Sequence record: SRR20825010_4284
DNA: 64,000 nt
Strand: one strand, 5' to 3'
Shown here piece after piece: positions 51,674 through 63,102 of the stretch. Positions within the stretch are counted from its first letter, which is position 1. Each line of letters begins with the position of its first letter. The position numbers and the translations under genes were made by a program. The notes beneath the pieces were generated by a model. It was given only the letters and a program-made list of their open reading frames with translations. It did no database searches and had not been told where the DNA came from.

Positions 51674-51839
51674 GTGAGCTCAAAGTTGAAAGTATAAAGT
51701 TGAAACGCAGAAAAGCATCGGCTGTAGCTGTGAACGCAAAGAGGCCGCGCCCAGAATGCATGTGGGCGCGGCCTCTTTGTCTCAATGTGGCAACACTTAG
51801 CTCGCGCTTTTCAACTTTGGACTTTGAACTTTTCACTCA
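51674..51839. repeat. MITE-like element: inverted GTTGAAA heptamer arms around a GC hairpin
   Basis: Plus arm GCTCAAA GTTGAAA GTATAAA GTTGAAA; hairpin CAAAGAGGCCGCGCCCA...TGGGCGCGGCCTCTTTG; minus arm GTGAAAA GTTCAAA GTCCAAA GTTGAAA. Confidence 0.8.
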
Positions 51840-52938
51840 AGCCATCCAGAGCCGTAATCAGCGCCTGGTTCTGTTCTGGCGTGCCAACGGTGATACGCAG
51901 GTAGTCTGCAATACGTTCAGGCTTACCAAAGTGACGCACGATCACACCCTGCTCGCGCAGCCCCCGGGCAAGAGTTGCACCGCTGTACTGCCCATGGCGG
52001 GTAAAGAGAAAATTCGCCGCCGACGGCAGGCTCTCAAAGCCGCGCTGCGCCAGCTGTTCATTGAGCCACTCGCGCTGTCCGACCACCTGCTCGCAGCCTT
52101 TTTCAAACCACTCCTGATCCTCAAAAGCAGCCACGCCGGCGGCAATAGCCAGACGGTCCAGCGGGTAGGAATTAAAGCTGTCCTTGATCCGGTTCAATCC
52201 ATCAATCAACGCTTCATCACCCACAGCCAGCCCGATACGCAAACCGGCCAGGGAGCGGGATTTTGACAAGGTCTGGGTGACCAGCAGATTTGGATAGCGA
52301 TTGACCAGCGCAATGGCAGTGTCACGGCCCTGTCCCGGGCTACCGGCAAAATCGATGTACGCCTCATCAATCACCACCAGGGTTTCCGTATTGATCTGTA
52401 ACAGGCGTTCAATCTCACCCAGCGGCAACAGCTTGCCGGTGGGCGCATTGGGATTGGGAAAAATGATACCGCCGTTGGCGCGCGGCTTGTCGCCCTCAAG
52501 ATAATCGTCCACCGCAATGCCCAGCGCATCATCGAGCGGCACCGGCTGATAGTCGATTTGATACAGGCCGCAGTAGACCTTGTAGAAGCTGTAGGTGATA
52601 TCCGGGAACAACAGCGGCTGCTCCTGTTTGAAAAACGCCATAAACAGGTGCGCCAGCACTTCGTCGGAGCCATTGCCAACAAACACCTGGGAGCGCTTGA
52701 TCCCGTAGCCTTGATTGGAATAGTAATCGGCGATGGCCTGCTTGAGCTGGCTGCTGTCCGGGTCCGGGTACAGCCGCAGCCGGTCGTCCGCTTCAGCGCG
52801 GATCGCCTCAATCACTTTCGGCGACGGGCCGAGCGGGTGCTCATTGGTGTTCAGCTTTACCAACTTGTCCATCTTGGGCTGCTCACCGGGCACATAAGGC
52901 TCCAGCCCATGAACGAAGTCGCTCCAGTATTTACTCAT
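51811..52938 (-). CDS. hisC: Histidinol-phosphate aminotransferase
   Basis: [43 protein letters not shown]. Confidence 0.97.
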   Translation of the reverse strand: MSKYWSDFVHGLEPYVPGEQPKMDKLVKLNTNEHPLGPSPKVIEAIRAEADDRLRLYPDPDSSQLKQAIADYYSNQGYGIKRSQVFVGNGSDEVLAHLFMAFFKQEQPLLFPDITYSFYKVYCGLYQIDYQPVPLDDALGIAVDDYLEGDKPRANGGIIFPNPNAPTGKLLPLGEIERLLQINTETLVVIDEAYIDFAGSPGQGRDTAIALVNRYPNLLVTQTLSKSRSLAGLRIGLAVGDEALIDGLNRIKDSFNSYPLDRLAIAAGVAAFEDQEWFEKGCEQVVGQREWLNEQLAQRGFESLPSAANFLFTRHGQYSGATLARGLREQGVIVRHFGKPERIADYLRITVGTPEQNQALITALDGLSEKFKVQS

Positions 52939-52950
52939 AGTGGTTCCGCC

Positions 52951-53010
52951 TGCATGCATCAGGCAACACGCAACACGCGTGAAGGCGTGGTGCGTGAGGC
53001 GTGTTAGCGT
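52951..53010. repeat. Head-to-head NNCACGC heptamer arms filling the hisD-hisC gap
   Basis: Plus arm TGCATGC ATCAGGC AACACGC AACACGC; minus arm AACACGC CTCACGC ACCACGC (C)TTCACGC. Confidence 0.78.
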
Positions 53011-54329
53011 TTCTTGATTCTATATTCCGCACTGCGGGCGTGGGCCGTGAGGCTTTCGCCGCGCGCCAGCGGGGAGGCGATTTTTGCCAGGGTGCTGGCC
53101 CCTTCCGGGGAGCAGCCAATCAACGAGCTGCGTTTCTGGAAATCGTACACGCCCAGCGGCGACGAAAAGCGCGCGGTAGCGCTGGTAGGCAGGACGTGAT
53201 TTGGCCCGGCACAGTAATCACCCAGCGCTTCCGGGGTGTGACGGCCCAGAAAAATCGCACCGGCATGGCGAATTTTTTTTGCCCACTGCTCCGCGTCATC
53301 AATGGATAATTCCAGGTGTTCCGAGGCAATGCGGTTGGCGATCTCGATGGCCTGATCCAGGTCTTTCACCTGAATCAGTGCACCGCGATGCTTCATGGAG
53401 GTACGAATAATGGTCTCGCGCTCCAGTGTCGTCGCCAGGCTTTCCATGGATTCGGCCACCTGATTCAGGAACGCCGCATCCGGGGACACCAGAATCGCCT
53501 GGGCTTCCTCATCGTGCTCCGCCTGAGAAAACAGGTCCATGGCAATCCAGTCCGGGTCGGTCTTGCCGTCACAAACCACCAGAATTTCCGAGGGACCGGC
53601 AATCATGTCGATGCCCACTTTGCCAAACACCTGCCGCTTGGCTTCGGCCACATAGATGTTGCCGGGGCCGACAATTTTGTCCACCGCGGGCACGGTTTCG
53701 GTGCCGTAGGCCAACGCGGCCACCGCTTGCCCGCCGCCCAGGGTAAAGAGCTTGTCGACCCCGGCGATGGCCGCCGCCGCCAGCACCATGTCATTGATAA
53801 TGCCGTCCGGGGCGGGCGAAACCATAATGATTTCGCCGACACCGGCCACCTTTGCCGGCAGCGCATTCATCAACACGGAACTGGGATACGCCGCCTTGCC
53901 ACCGGGCACATAGATGCCGGCCCGATCCAGTGGCGTCACCTGCTGGCCCAGCAAGGTGCCATCGGCTTCGCGGTAGTGCCAGGAATCCTGTTTCTGCTTT
54001 TCATGGTAGCGACGTACGCGCTCGGCGGCGGCTTCCAGAGCCTCACGCTGCTCGGCAGGAATACGCGACAGCGCGGCTTGCAGTTGGGCGTGATCCACCA
54101 CCAGTTCATCCATGCTGGCCACGTCACGACGATCAAAGCGGTTGGTGTATTCCACCAGTGCCGCGTCGCCGCGCCGGGCCACATCCTTGAGAATGCCGCG
54201 CACACGATCGGCCACTTCTTCGTCGCGCTCTTCCGACCAGGCGGTGAGCGCAGCCAGCTTGGCATCGAAGTCCGCGTCTTGGGCATTAAGCCAGGTGGTT
54301 TCCATGGTTGGCACCGTTTTAAAAGTCAC
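53004..54329 (-). CDS. hisD: Histidinol dehydrogenase
   Basis: [42 protein letters not shown]. Start may be ATG 54305. Confidence 0.98.
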   Translation of the reverse strand: MTFKTVPTMETTWLNAQDADFDAKLAALTAWSEERDEEVADRVRGILKDVARRGDAALVEYTNRFDRRDVASMDELVVDHAQLQAALSRIPAEQREALEAAAERVRRYHEKQKQDSWHYREADGTLLGQQVTPLDRAGIYVPGGKAAYPSSVLMNALPAKVAGVGEIIMVSPAPDGIINDMVLAAAAIAGVDKLFTLGGGQAVAALAYGTETVPAVDKIVGPGNIYVAEAKRQVFGKVGIDMIAGPSEILVVCDGKTDPDWIAMDLFSQAEHDEEAQAILVSPDAAFLNQVAESMESLATTLERETIIRTSMKHRGALIQVKDLDQAIEIANRIASEHLELSIDDAEQWAKKIRHAGAIFLGRHTPEALGDYCAGPNHVLPTSATARFSSPLGVYDFQKRSSLIGCSPEGASTLAKIASPLARGESLTAHARSAEYRIKKR

Positions 54330-54335
54330 AATCTA

Positions 54336-54478
54336 TTTTTACCACAGAGGGCACAGGATTCACTGAGGAAAAGACCAGGCTTTTTCTATCACACAGATCA
54401 ACGGCGACTCTCGCTCAACACCACATCAACCGGCGTTAGCGGTTTACTCTGGGAGTGCCGTGACCTCGGTGATAAAAA
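54336..54478. repeat. Inverted pair of 9-nt-period arrays (CACNGAGNN) between hisG and hisD
   Basis: Plus arm TTTTTAC CACAGAGGG CACAGGATT CACTGAGGA; minus arm TTTTTAT CACCGAGGT CACGGCACT CCCAGAGTA. Confidence 0.65.
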
Positions 54479-54481
54479 ACA

Positions 54482-55126
54482 CTAACCGGCCTTGCGGGCA
54501 TCCACCGCCTCGGCCAACTTGTCCAGGATCGTCTGGATATCACTGTGACGGGTCTTCATGCTGGCCCGGTTGACGATCACACGGGTGGAAATATGCGCAA
54601 TCAGTTCCGTGGGCTCCAAGCCATTGGCGCGCAGGGTATTGCCGGTATCGACGATATCCACGATGCGGTCCGCCAGCCCCACCAACGGGGCCAATTCCAT
54701 GGCGCCATACAGCTTGATCACTTCTGCCTGTTTGCCCTGCTGGGCGTAATAGGCTTTGGCCACATTCACAAACTTGGTGGCCACGCGCAGGCGGCTTCCG
54801 GTTTCCGGGGCGTCCTTCATGGCCGCCACCATCAATTTGCAGCGGGCGATATCCAGGTCCACTGGCTCAAAGACCCCGTCACCGCCGTGCTCCATGAGCA
54901 CGTCTTTGCCTGCCACACCGATATCCGCCGCGCCATGCTGCACATAGGGCGGCACGTCTGTGGCGCGGATGATGATGATTTTCACATCCTCACGGGTGGT
55001 ATCGAAAATCAGCTTGCGTGAGGCCGCCGGGTCTTCCAGCAGCTCAATACCCGCCGCTTTCAGCAGAGGCAGGGTTTCCTTGAGAATGCGCCCTTTGGAG
55101 AGGGCGATGGTCAATGGCTTGCTCAT
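54482..55126 (-). CDS. hisG: ATP phosphoribosyltransferase, short form (needs HisZ)
   Basis: [43 protein letters not shown]; 214 aa. Confidence 0.97.
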   Translation of the reverse strand: MSKPLTIALSKGRILKETLPLLKAAGIELLEDPAASRKLIFDTTREDVKIIIIRATDVPPYVQHGAADIGVAGKDVLMEHGGDGVFEPVDLDIARCKLMVAAMKDAPETGSRLRVATKFVNVAKAYYAQQGKQAEVIKLYGAMELAPLVGLADRIVDIVDTGNTLRANGLEPTELIAHISTRVIVNRASMKTRHSDIQTILDKLAEAVDARKAG

Positions 55127-55143
55127 CACAGGTCCCGATCCGA

Positions 55144-56415
<1,272 letters not shown>

Positions 56416-56461
56416 CTAGATGGTTGCGTTCTTCCAACCCGTTTTCGGCCTGGGGCCGGGG

Positions 56462-56716
56462 TCAGGACAGGCCCTGATTCTGGGCTTTTTCCCACTCCGC
56501 CGGAGTAAAGGCAATAATCTGCACGGCATGGATGGTGTTACTTTTGATCTGCTCGTCGATGGTGGCGTATACCAGCTGCTGGCGTTTCACCGGCATCAGG
56601 CCGGCAAAGGCCTCTGACACCACACGAATCTGGAACCGGTCACCACCGCCTTCCACTGCCACATCGGCATTGTCAAAACCGGCATCAACTAATGCCTGAA
56701 CTTCTTCCGGATTCAT
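56462..56716 (-). CDS. ibaG: BolA/IbaG family protein
   Basis: VVSEAFAG...VKRQQLVY, IHAV, TPAEW; directly upstream of murA. Confidence 0.9.
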   Translation of the reverse strand: MNPEEVQALVDAGFDNADVAVEGGGDRFQIRVVSEAFAGLMPVKRQQLVYATIDEQIKSNTIHAVQIIAFTPAEWEKAQNQGLS

Positions 56717-56843
56717 CTTTGCTCCTCATCAGGGCCTTGGTCAGGCCCAAACAGCACTGGAGCGGCCTGCAGCCGCTCCATCAAATCGTCATCAAGGGCG
56801 TAATAATACGCGAGCACGCTGCCCCTTACCACGGCAGGCGGGT

Positions 56844-57500
56844 TCACTCGCCCTGTTTGGCCTCGTCGATCCCGGCATCAATCTTGGCATCCGCAGACCA
56901 GTTATCGATCACCTTGTCGATATCGTTGTACTGCTGCATGCCCTGGGCGAACTGGCTCTTGAAGGTATCGCGCAAATCCAGGCCATTCACATACACGTTG
57001 ATCACTTTCCACTGATCATCACGCAAGAACAGGGTGTAGTAGATCGGCACCACCTGCCCTGAGTTGGTTTTCACCTCCATGCGCACCCGTGCATAGTCGC
57101 CTTTACGATCACCGTCCTGCATGGGCAGAGTTTCGATTTTCTGGCCGTCATACAGGGTAATGCCGGATGCATAGGTGTTAATCAGGCTGTTTTTGAACAC
57201 ATCCAGAAAACGGTATTTCTGCTCCTTGCTGGACGGGCCAAAGTAGTCCCCCATAACCATGCGGGTGATGCGCTTGAAATCCACCAGGTCAGCCAGCTCT
57301 TCACGGACCAGCGCCTTGGCTTTGTCCGGATCCGCCTTGAGCGCCTCGCGCTCCGCCTCGATGCGGGATGTCATGCGTTCCACGGCGTCCGACACCACTT
57401 GGCGCGGGTCGCTCTCGGCATGAGCCAATGTGGCCATGCCTGCCAGCAGAACCACCAGACCGGCGTGCAGCCACGTTCGAATATACCGTTGCAAATGCAT
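56844..57500 (-). CDS. mlaC: Phospholipid-binding periplasmic protein MlaC/Ttg2D
   Basis: Signal peptide, VDFKRITRMVMG, FKNSLINTY, WKVINVYVNG; upstream of ibaG-murA. Confidence 0.88.
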   Translation of the reverse strand: MHLQRYIRTWLHAGLVVLLAGMATLAHAESDPRQVVSDAVERMTSRIEAEREALKADPDKAKALVREELADLVDFKRITRMVMGDYFGPSSKEQKYRFLDVFKNSLINTYASGITLYDGQKIETLPMQDGDRKGDYARVRMEVKTNSGQVVPIYYTLFLRDDQWKVINVYVNGLDLRDTFKSQFAQGMQQYNDIDKVIDNWSADAKIDAGIDEAKQGE

Positions 57501-57707
57501 AGATTACTCCCTGTTAGTCTCCGGCGGTTTTACGGTGTTCTTTACCCCCTGTCCAGTCATCAACAGCGGCAACATCGTGAACCTTGATTGTTTTATTGGA
57601 GTCACAGAGTTCGATACGGTTCCCGCGCAGAAGGCCAGGGTACCGATTACGGGTCAACGTGAAGGGGGCAACCGGTGTATAATCGCCGCCAACGCCAAGG
57701 AGAACGC

Positions 57708-58676
57708 ATGAGTCACGACCATATCAGCGTCGGTCAACGGGTGCTGGATATCGAAGCCCGGGCCGTGGATGCCCTGAAAGACAGCCTGGACACCAGCTTT
57801 TCTGCTGCCTGCGATCTGATGCTGAATGCCAAAGGCCGCGTGATCGTCACCGGCATGGGCAAGAGCGGTCATGTGGGCAGCAAACTGGCGGCCACCCTGG
57901 CCAGCACCGGCACACCCTCTTTCTTTGTCCATCCCGGCGAAGCGTCCCACGGGGATCTGGGCATGATCACTCCGGATGACGTGGTACTGGCGCTCTCCAA
58001 TTCCGGCGAAACCGCCGAAGTGCTGGCCATTCTGCCGGTGATCAAACGCAAGGGCACCAGCCTGGTCGGGATGACCGGCCGCCCACAATCTGCGCTGGCA
58101 CAACTTTCCGATGTACACCTGACCGTCGCGGTCGCAGAAGAGGCCTGTCCCCATAACCTGGCGCCGACCTCCTCCACCACGGCCGCTCTGGCCATGGGCG
58201 ACGCTCTGGCCATCGCCCTGCTGGAAGCCCGCGGCTTCACCCCGGAAGACTTCGCCCTCAGCCACCCCGGTGGCAGCCTGGGCCGGCGCCTGCTGCTGAA
58301 AGTGGATGACATCATGCACGCCGGCGAACAGCTTCCCGTGGTCAGCGCAGACACGTCGCTCAGCGAAGCCCTGCTGGAAATGACCCATAAGGGCTTGGGC
58401 ATGACCGCCGTCACTCAGGACGACGGCACCCTGGCGGGCATCTTTACGGATGGGGATCTGCGCCGCATATTCGACCGGGACATTGATATTCGCAAAGCCA
58501 CCATTGCCGAGGTCATGGTCACCGACCCGATCACCATCGCCCAGGGCCATCTGGCGGCAGAAGCGCTGCAAATCATGGAAAGCCGCAAAATCAACGGCCT
58601 GATGGTTTGCGATAATGCAGGCAGGCCCCTTGGCGCCTTCAACATGCAGGACCTGCTACGCGCGGGGGTGGTATAA
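57708..58676 (+). CDS. kdsD: Arabinose 5-phosphate isomerase KdsD (KpsF/GutQ family)
   Basis: GMGKSGH, HPGEASHGDLG, APTSST, HPGGSLG, CBS pair. TATAAT at 57678-57683 and AAGGAG RBS upstream. Confidence 0.97.
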   Translation: MSHDHISVGQRVLDIEARAVDALKDSLDTSFSAACDLMLNAKGRVIVTGMGKSGHVGSKLAATLASTGTPSFFVHPGEASHGDLGMITPDDVVLALSNSGETAEVLAILPVIKRKGTSLVGMTGRPQSALAQLSDVHLTVAVAEEACPHNLAPTSSTTAALAMGDALAIALLEARGFTPEDFALSHPGGSLGRRLLLKVDDIMHAGEQLPVVSADTSLSEALLEMTHKGLGMTAVTQDDGTLAGIFTDGDLRRIFDRDIDIRKATIAEVMVTDPITIAQGHLAAEALQIMESRKINGLMVCDNAGRPLGAFNMQDLLRAGVV

Positions 58677-59180
58677 ATGCCCATGCAATTTTCCTCCGTT
58701 GATGCCCAGAACCTGCGCCTGATGGCGTTCGACGTGGACGGCGTAATGACCGACGGACGCCTACTGTTCGGCCCCCAAGGCGAAGAACTGAAAGTCTTCA
58801 ACACCCTGGACGGCCACGGCCTGAAAAAGCTGGCCGCCAGCGGCGTGACCCTGGCAATCATCACCGGTCGCAACTCCCCCATGGTGGCCAAACGCGCGGC
58901 AGATCTGGGTATTGAACACGTGATTCAGGGTCGCGAAGACAAAGGAGTGGCACTGGAAGCGCTGGCTGAATCACTGAGTATCGCAGCCCACGAAACCGGC
59001 TATGCCGGCGACGACGAACCCGATGTGAGCGCCCTGCTCTGGGCCCGCCTGAGCTTTGCCCCGGCCAATGCCCACGACTGCGCCAAAAGCGCCGCCGATC
59101 ACGTTACCGAACGACGTGGTGGTGAAGGCGCCGTCCGGGAAATCTGCGACGCCATTCTCGCCCTGCGGAGCCAGGCATGA
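58677..59180 (+). CDS. kdsC: 3-deoxy-D-manno-octulosonate 8-phosphate phosphatase
   Basis: FDVDGVMTDG, IITGR, GDD, GGEGAVREICD. Confidence 0.95.
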   Translation: MPMQFSSVDAQNLRLMAFDVDGVMTDGRLLFGPQGEELKVFNTLDGHGLKKLAASGVTLAIITGRNSPMVAKRAADLGIEHVIQGREDKGVALEALAESLSIAAHETGYAGDDEPDVSALLWARLSFAPANAHDCAKSAADHVTERRGGEGAVREICDAILALRSQA

Positions 59181-59734
59181 AACGTCAGGGACTATTAAGC
59201 GCAACCGGCATCTTGCTGCTGGGGCTGGTCATGCTGATGACGCTCCACGAGTGGGACAGTACCCTGCCCGGTCAGGATAACGCTGTAATGCAGGCGCCGG
59301 CGATCATTGCCGACGACGTGACCGCCCGGGCTTTCAGTGAAAAGGACGGCACCCTGCAATACCACCTGACCGCCAACAACCTGGTGCAGTTTGATCACAA
59401 CCCGCTTACCGAAATGGAAGCGCCGGTGCTGGTCATGGCCAACGACAAGGGCAGCTGGACCATCACCAGCGAGCAAGGCACCGTGGAAGGCGACGGCAAC
59501 CTGATTACTTTTTTCGGCAAGGTCAATGTGGACAACCCCACCCAGAAAGTGAACCTGGATACCGACGAATTGCGCTTCGATAGCGAAACCAACATTGCCA
59601 CCACCCCAGGCGATGTGGAAATGACATTCGACTCCGGCCAGACTCGTGCCGGCGCCCTGGAAGCCGATCTCGACAAGGGCATTCTGAACCTGAAACAAGG
59701 AGTAAAGAGTGAGTTTGAAGCACCGGCTTCATAG
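59177..59734 (+). CDS. lptC: LPS export protein LptC
   Basis: N-terminal TM helix plus beta-rich domain between kdsC and lptA. Confidence 0.85.
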   Translation: MKRQGLLSATGILLLGLVMLMTLHEWDSTLPGQDNAVMQAPAIIADDVTARAFSEKDGTLQYHLTANNLVQFDHNPLTEMEAPVLVMANDKGSWTITSEQGTVEGDGNLITFFGKVNVDNPTQKVNLDTDELRFDSETNIATTPGDVEMTFDSGQTRAGALEADLDKGILNLKQGVKSEFEAPAS

Positions 59735-60314
59735 CACCCGCCGCCTCGCCGCACTGGCCTTGCTGGCGACATTGCCCCTGGGCGTTCAGGCCGCCCCCAT
59801 GGACGGCCCCATCCAGGTCACGGCAGACAGTGGCCGCTTCGAACAGGACGCTGGCAGCGGCCTGTACCGGGGCAACGTGGAACTGATTCAGGGCAAGCGC
59901 AAACTGTTTGCTGACGAAATGCGCCTGTTCACCAGAAATGGCGACCTGGTCCGGGTGGAAGCCACCGGCTCCCCCGTGCGCATGGAAGAAGGCGAGGGGC
60001 TGAATGCCCACGCCGAAAACCTGGTATACGACATTAACGCGCGCACCCTGGTCCTCACCGGCGACGCTTACATCGAGCATCAGGGCAATACGTTTGAAGG
60101 CGCCAAGGTGGAATACAGCCTGGACTCCAAACGCGTGGACGCCAGCAGTGAAGGCGACCAACGTGTTCGACTGGTGATCCCGGCCGAGAATCAGACCAAC
60201 GCCACCCGCAACGACGACGATGCAGCCGGTGACGAAGACACCAGCAGCTCAAACGACACCCCCGGTGACGGCAACGACACCGCCTCACCCGACGCGGAGC
60301 CGAGTACACCATGA
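59709..60314 (+). CDS. lptA: LPS export periplasmic protein LptA
   Basis: Signal peptide, [34 protein letters not shown]; acidic tail. Confidence 0.88.
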   Translation: MSLKHRLHSTRRLAALALLATLPLGVQAAPMDGPIQVTADSGRFEQDAGSGLYRGNVELIQGKRKLFADEMRLFTRNGDLVRVEATGSPVRMEEGEGLNAHAENLVYDINARTLVLTGDAYIEHQGNTFEGAKVEYSLDSKRVDASSEGDQRVRLVIPAENQTNATRNDDDAAGDEDTSSSNDTPGDGNDTASPDAEPSTP

Positions 60315-61036
60315 GCCACTTACGCGCCCACCACCTGGCAAAAAGCTACAAAGGCCGCCGGGTCATCGAGGATGTCTCCCTAGACGTGGAAGCCGGCCAG
60401 ATTGTCGGGCTGCTGGGCCCCAACGGCGCCGGCAAAACCACCTGCTTCTACATGATTGTCGGGCTGGTGGAAGCCGATGCCGGCCGCATTGAGATCAATG
60501 ACAGCGACATCACCCACCTGCCCATGCACGGTCGCGCCCAGCGCGGGATCGGCTACCTGCCCCAGGAGGCCAGCATCTTCCGTCGCCTGACGGTGGAAGA
60601 AAACATCATGGCGATTCTGGAAACCCGCAAGGAGCTGAGCAAGGCAGAGCGCCACGAGCGCATGGAGAGCCTGCTCAAGGAATTCCACATCGGCCACATT
60701 CGCGATTCGCTGGGGATGAGCCTGTCCGGCGGCGAGCGGCGCCGGGCGGAGATTGCCCGTGGCCTGGCCACTGACCCGGACTTTATCCTGCTGGACGAAC
60801 CTTTTGCCGGGGTGGATCCGATCTCGGTCAACGACATCAAGGGCATCATTCGCCACCTGAAAGACCGTGGTATTGGCGTCCTGATCACTGACCACAATGT
60901 GCGTGAAACGCTGGATATCTGCGACACCGCCTATATCGTCAGCGCCGGCCACATCATTGCCTCCGGCGATGCGGACATCATCCTCGCCAACCAGCAGGTG
61001 CGGGATGTGTACCTGGGCGCCGATTTCAGGCTCTAA
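60311..61036 (+). CDS. lptB: LPS export ABC transporter ATP-binding protein LptB
   Basis: [36 protein letters not shown]. Confidence 0.98.
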   Translation: MSHLRAHHLAKSYKGRRVIEDVSLDVEAGQIVGLLGPNGAGKTTCFYMIVGLVEADAGRIEINDSDITHLPMHGRAQRGIGYLPQEASIFRRLTVEENIMAILETRKELSKAERHERMESLLKEFHIGHIRDSLGMSLSGGERRRAEIARGLATDPDFILLDEPFAGVDPISVNDIKGIIRHLKDRGIGVLITDHNVRETLDICDTAYIVSAGHIIASGDADIILANQQVRDVYLGADFRL

Positions 61037-61210
61037 ACAGATTGCCAGCGACGCAGTGAAAGCACGAACCAGCCTGAAAGCAAAGCAGCCGTGCCCAATG
61101 CCTGGACGCGGCTGCTTGCTGGCACACCCACAACCCACATTGCTGCTCGCCTCGCCACCAACGGCCCACCACCACCTGCCAACGCCATTCACCTAGCACA
61201 CAAAGACCAA

Positions 61211-61226
61211 TGGCACAATTATTGCT
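61211..61226 (+). promoter_or_regulatory. sigma54 -24/-12 site upstream of rpoN
   Basis: TGGCAC-AATTA-TTGCT matches TGGCAC-N5-TTGCW. Confidence 0.75.
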
Positions 61227-61284
61227 AGTTGCATGATTAGCTTGGTATTCTCGTGTTTTGGGGATCCGCAGAATACCGAGCAGT

Positions 61285-62748
61285 ATGAAACCCACACTAC
61301 AACTACAAATTGGCCAGCAGCTCACCATGACGCCGCAGCTGCAGCAGGCCATCCGCCTCTTGCAACTGTCCACGCTGGACCTGCGCCAGGAAATCCAGCA
61401 GGCCGTGGAGAGCAACCCCCTACTGGAGCTGGCCGACGATTTCGGTGACGACAGCCTGCCCGAACATGACGAAGAACGTCAGGACGAGGAGCTGGACACC
61501 GAGCGTGACGACGCCCTGGAAGAGCTGGTGCAGGACGAACCCGGCGCAGAAACCGAGTGGGACGATGTCTATTCCGGCCAGACCAGCAGCGCCACCGCCT
61601 CCCTCCCCGACGATGCAGACGAATGGCAGCAACGCCACGCGGTCTCCGGCAATCTCCAGGACCACCTGCTCTGGCAACTGAACTTGACCCCCATGAGCGA
61701 TGTGGACCGCATTATCGCCATGACAATCATTGAATCCCTGGACGACCGCGGTTATATCACCGTGCCCCTGGACGACATCGTCGACATGGTGAACGCCCAG
61801 CCGGAGCTGCTCACCGAAGGCGATGAACTGGAGCGCGACGAAGTGCTTGCCGTGCAGCACCGTCTGCAACAGTTCGACCCCGTCGGCGTCGCCAGCATCG
61901 ATCTGGCGGACTGCCTGGGCGTGCAACTACGCCAATTGCCCGCCGATACCGCCCTGCGCGACGAAGCCTGTGCCCTGCTGGCTCACCTGGACCTGCTGGA
62001 AAAACACGACTACGCCGCCCTGCGTCGCACCCTGCAGACCAGCGAAGACGTCCTGCTGGAGGCCCTGTCCCTGCTACGCACCCTGGACCCGGCCCCCGGC
62101 GAGCAGATCGGCGAGCCCCAGGTGGACTACGCGGTTCCCGACGTGATCGTGCGTCAGCATCAAGGCCGCTGGCAGGTCAGCCTCAACGACGACGTCCTTC
62201 CCCGGGTCAATCTGCAACAGCAATACGCCAACATCGCCCGCACCACCAGCGGTGAAGACGGGCAATATCTGCGCAATTGTGTCCAGGAAGCCAAATGGTT
62301 CATCAAGAGCCTGCAGAGCCGCCATGACACCCTGCTCAAGGTGGCCACCCGCATCGTCGATGTGCAACAAGGGTTCTTCGATTATGGCGATGAAGCCATG
62401 AAACCCCTGGTTCTGGCGGATATCGCCGACGCCGTTGAGATGCATGAATCGACCATCAGTCGGGTCACCAACCAGAAATACATGATGACACCCCGCGGTG
62501 TCTTTGAGCTGAAATATTTCTTTTCCAGTCACGTGGGAACCGACGGCGGCGGTGAGTGTTCCTCCACCGCTATTCGTGCCATTATTAAGAAGCTGGTCGC
62601 TGCCGAGAATCCCCGCAAGCCGCTCAGCGATAACAAGCTGGCCAGCTTGCTGAATGAGCAGGGAATCAATGTAGCGCGCCGGACCGTCGCCAAATACAGA
62701 GAGGCGATGCGAATACCGTCTTCCAGCGCCCGCAAGCGTTTGGTGTAG
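61285..62748 (+). CDS. rpoN: RNA polymerase sigma-54 factor
   Basis: MTPQLQQAIRLLQL, HESTISR, ARRTVAKYRE RpoN box. Confidence 0.99.
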   Translation: MKPTLQLQIGQQLTMTPQLQQAIRLLQLSTLDLRQEIQQAVESNPLLELADDFGDDSLPEHDEERQDEELDTERDDALEELVQDEPGAETEWDDVYSGQTSSATASLPDDADEWQQRHAVSGNLQDHLLWQLNLTPMSDVDRIIAMTIIESLDDRGYITVPLDDIVDMVNAQPELLTEGDELERDEVLAVQHRLQQFDPVGVASIDLADCLGVQLRQLPADTALRDEACALLAHLDLLEKHDYAALRRTLQTSEDVLLEALSLLRTLDPAPGEQIGEPQVDYAVPDVIVRQHQGRWQVSLNDDVLPRVNLQQQYANIARTTSGEDGQYLRNCVQEAKWFIKSLQSRHDTLLKVATRIVDVQQGFFDYGDEAMKPLVLADIADAVEMHESTISRVTNQKYMMTPRGVFELKYFFSSHVGTDGGGECSSTAIRAIIKKLVAAENPRKPLSDNKLASLLNEQGINVARRTVAKYREAMRIPSSSARKRLV

Positions 62749-62787
62749 GGCGCCAGGACGGATCCCAAACAGGTAAAGGAGCCAGCC

Positions 62788-63087
62788 ATGCAAATTAATA
62801 TCAGCGGTCATCACCTGGATATTACCGATGCCTTGCGTGCCTATGTGGGTGACAAATTTTCCCGCCTGGAGCGCCATTTCGATCAAATCACCAGCGTCCA
62901 GGTGATTCTCTCTCCGGAACCGAAAACCCATAAAGCCGAATCCACGATTCATATTTCCGGAGCCGATGTCTTCGCCACCGCTGAGGCCGGAGACATGTAT
63001 GCAGCGATCGACAAGCTGACGGACAAGCTGGACCGCCAGATTCTCAAACACAAGGAAAAGGCCGTCAGCCACAAGCACGGTCACTAA
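62788..63087 (+). CDS. hpf: Ribosome hibernation promoting factor
   Basis: MQINISGHH, DMYAAID, DRQILKHKEK. Confidence 0.96.
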   Translation: MQINISGHHLDITDALRAYVGDKFSRLERHFDQITSVQVILSPEPKTHKAESTIHISGADVFATAEAGDMYAAIDKLTDKLDRQILKHKEKAVSHKHGH

Positions 63088-63102
63088 CCCAAAGCGACAA
63101 TT

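Noticed and set aside
60190-60314. Acidic low-complexity tail of LptA
   Set aside because: Variable disordered tails are common in LptA and no tandem DNA repeat underlies it.
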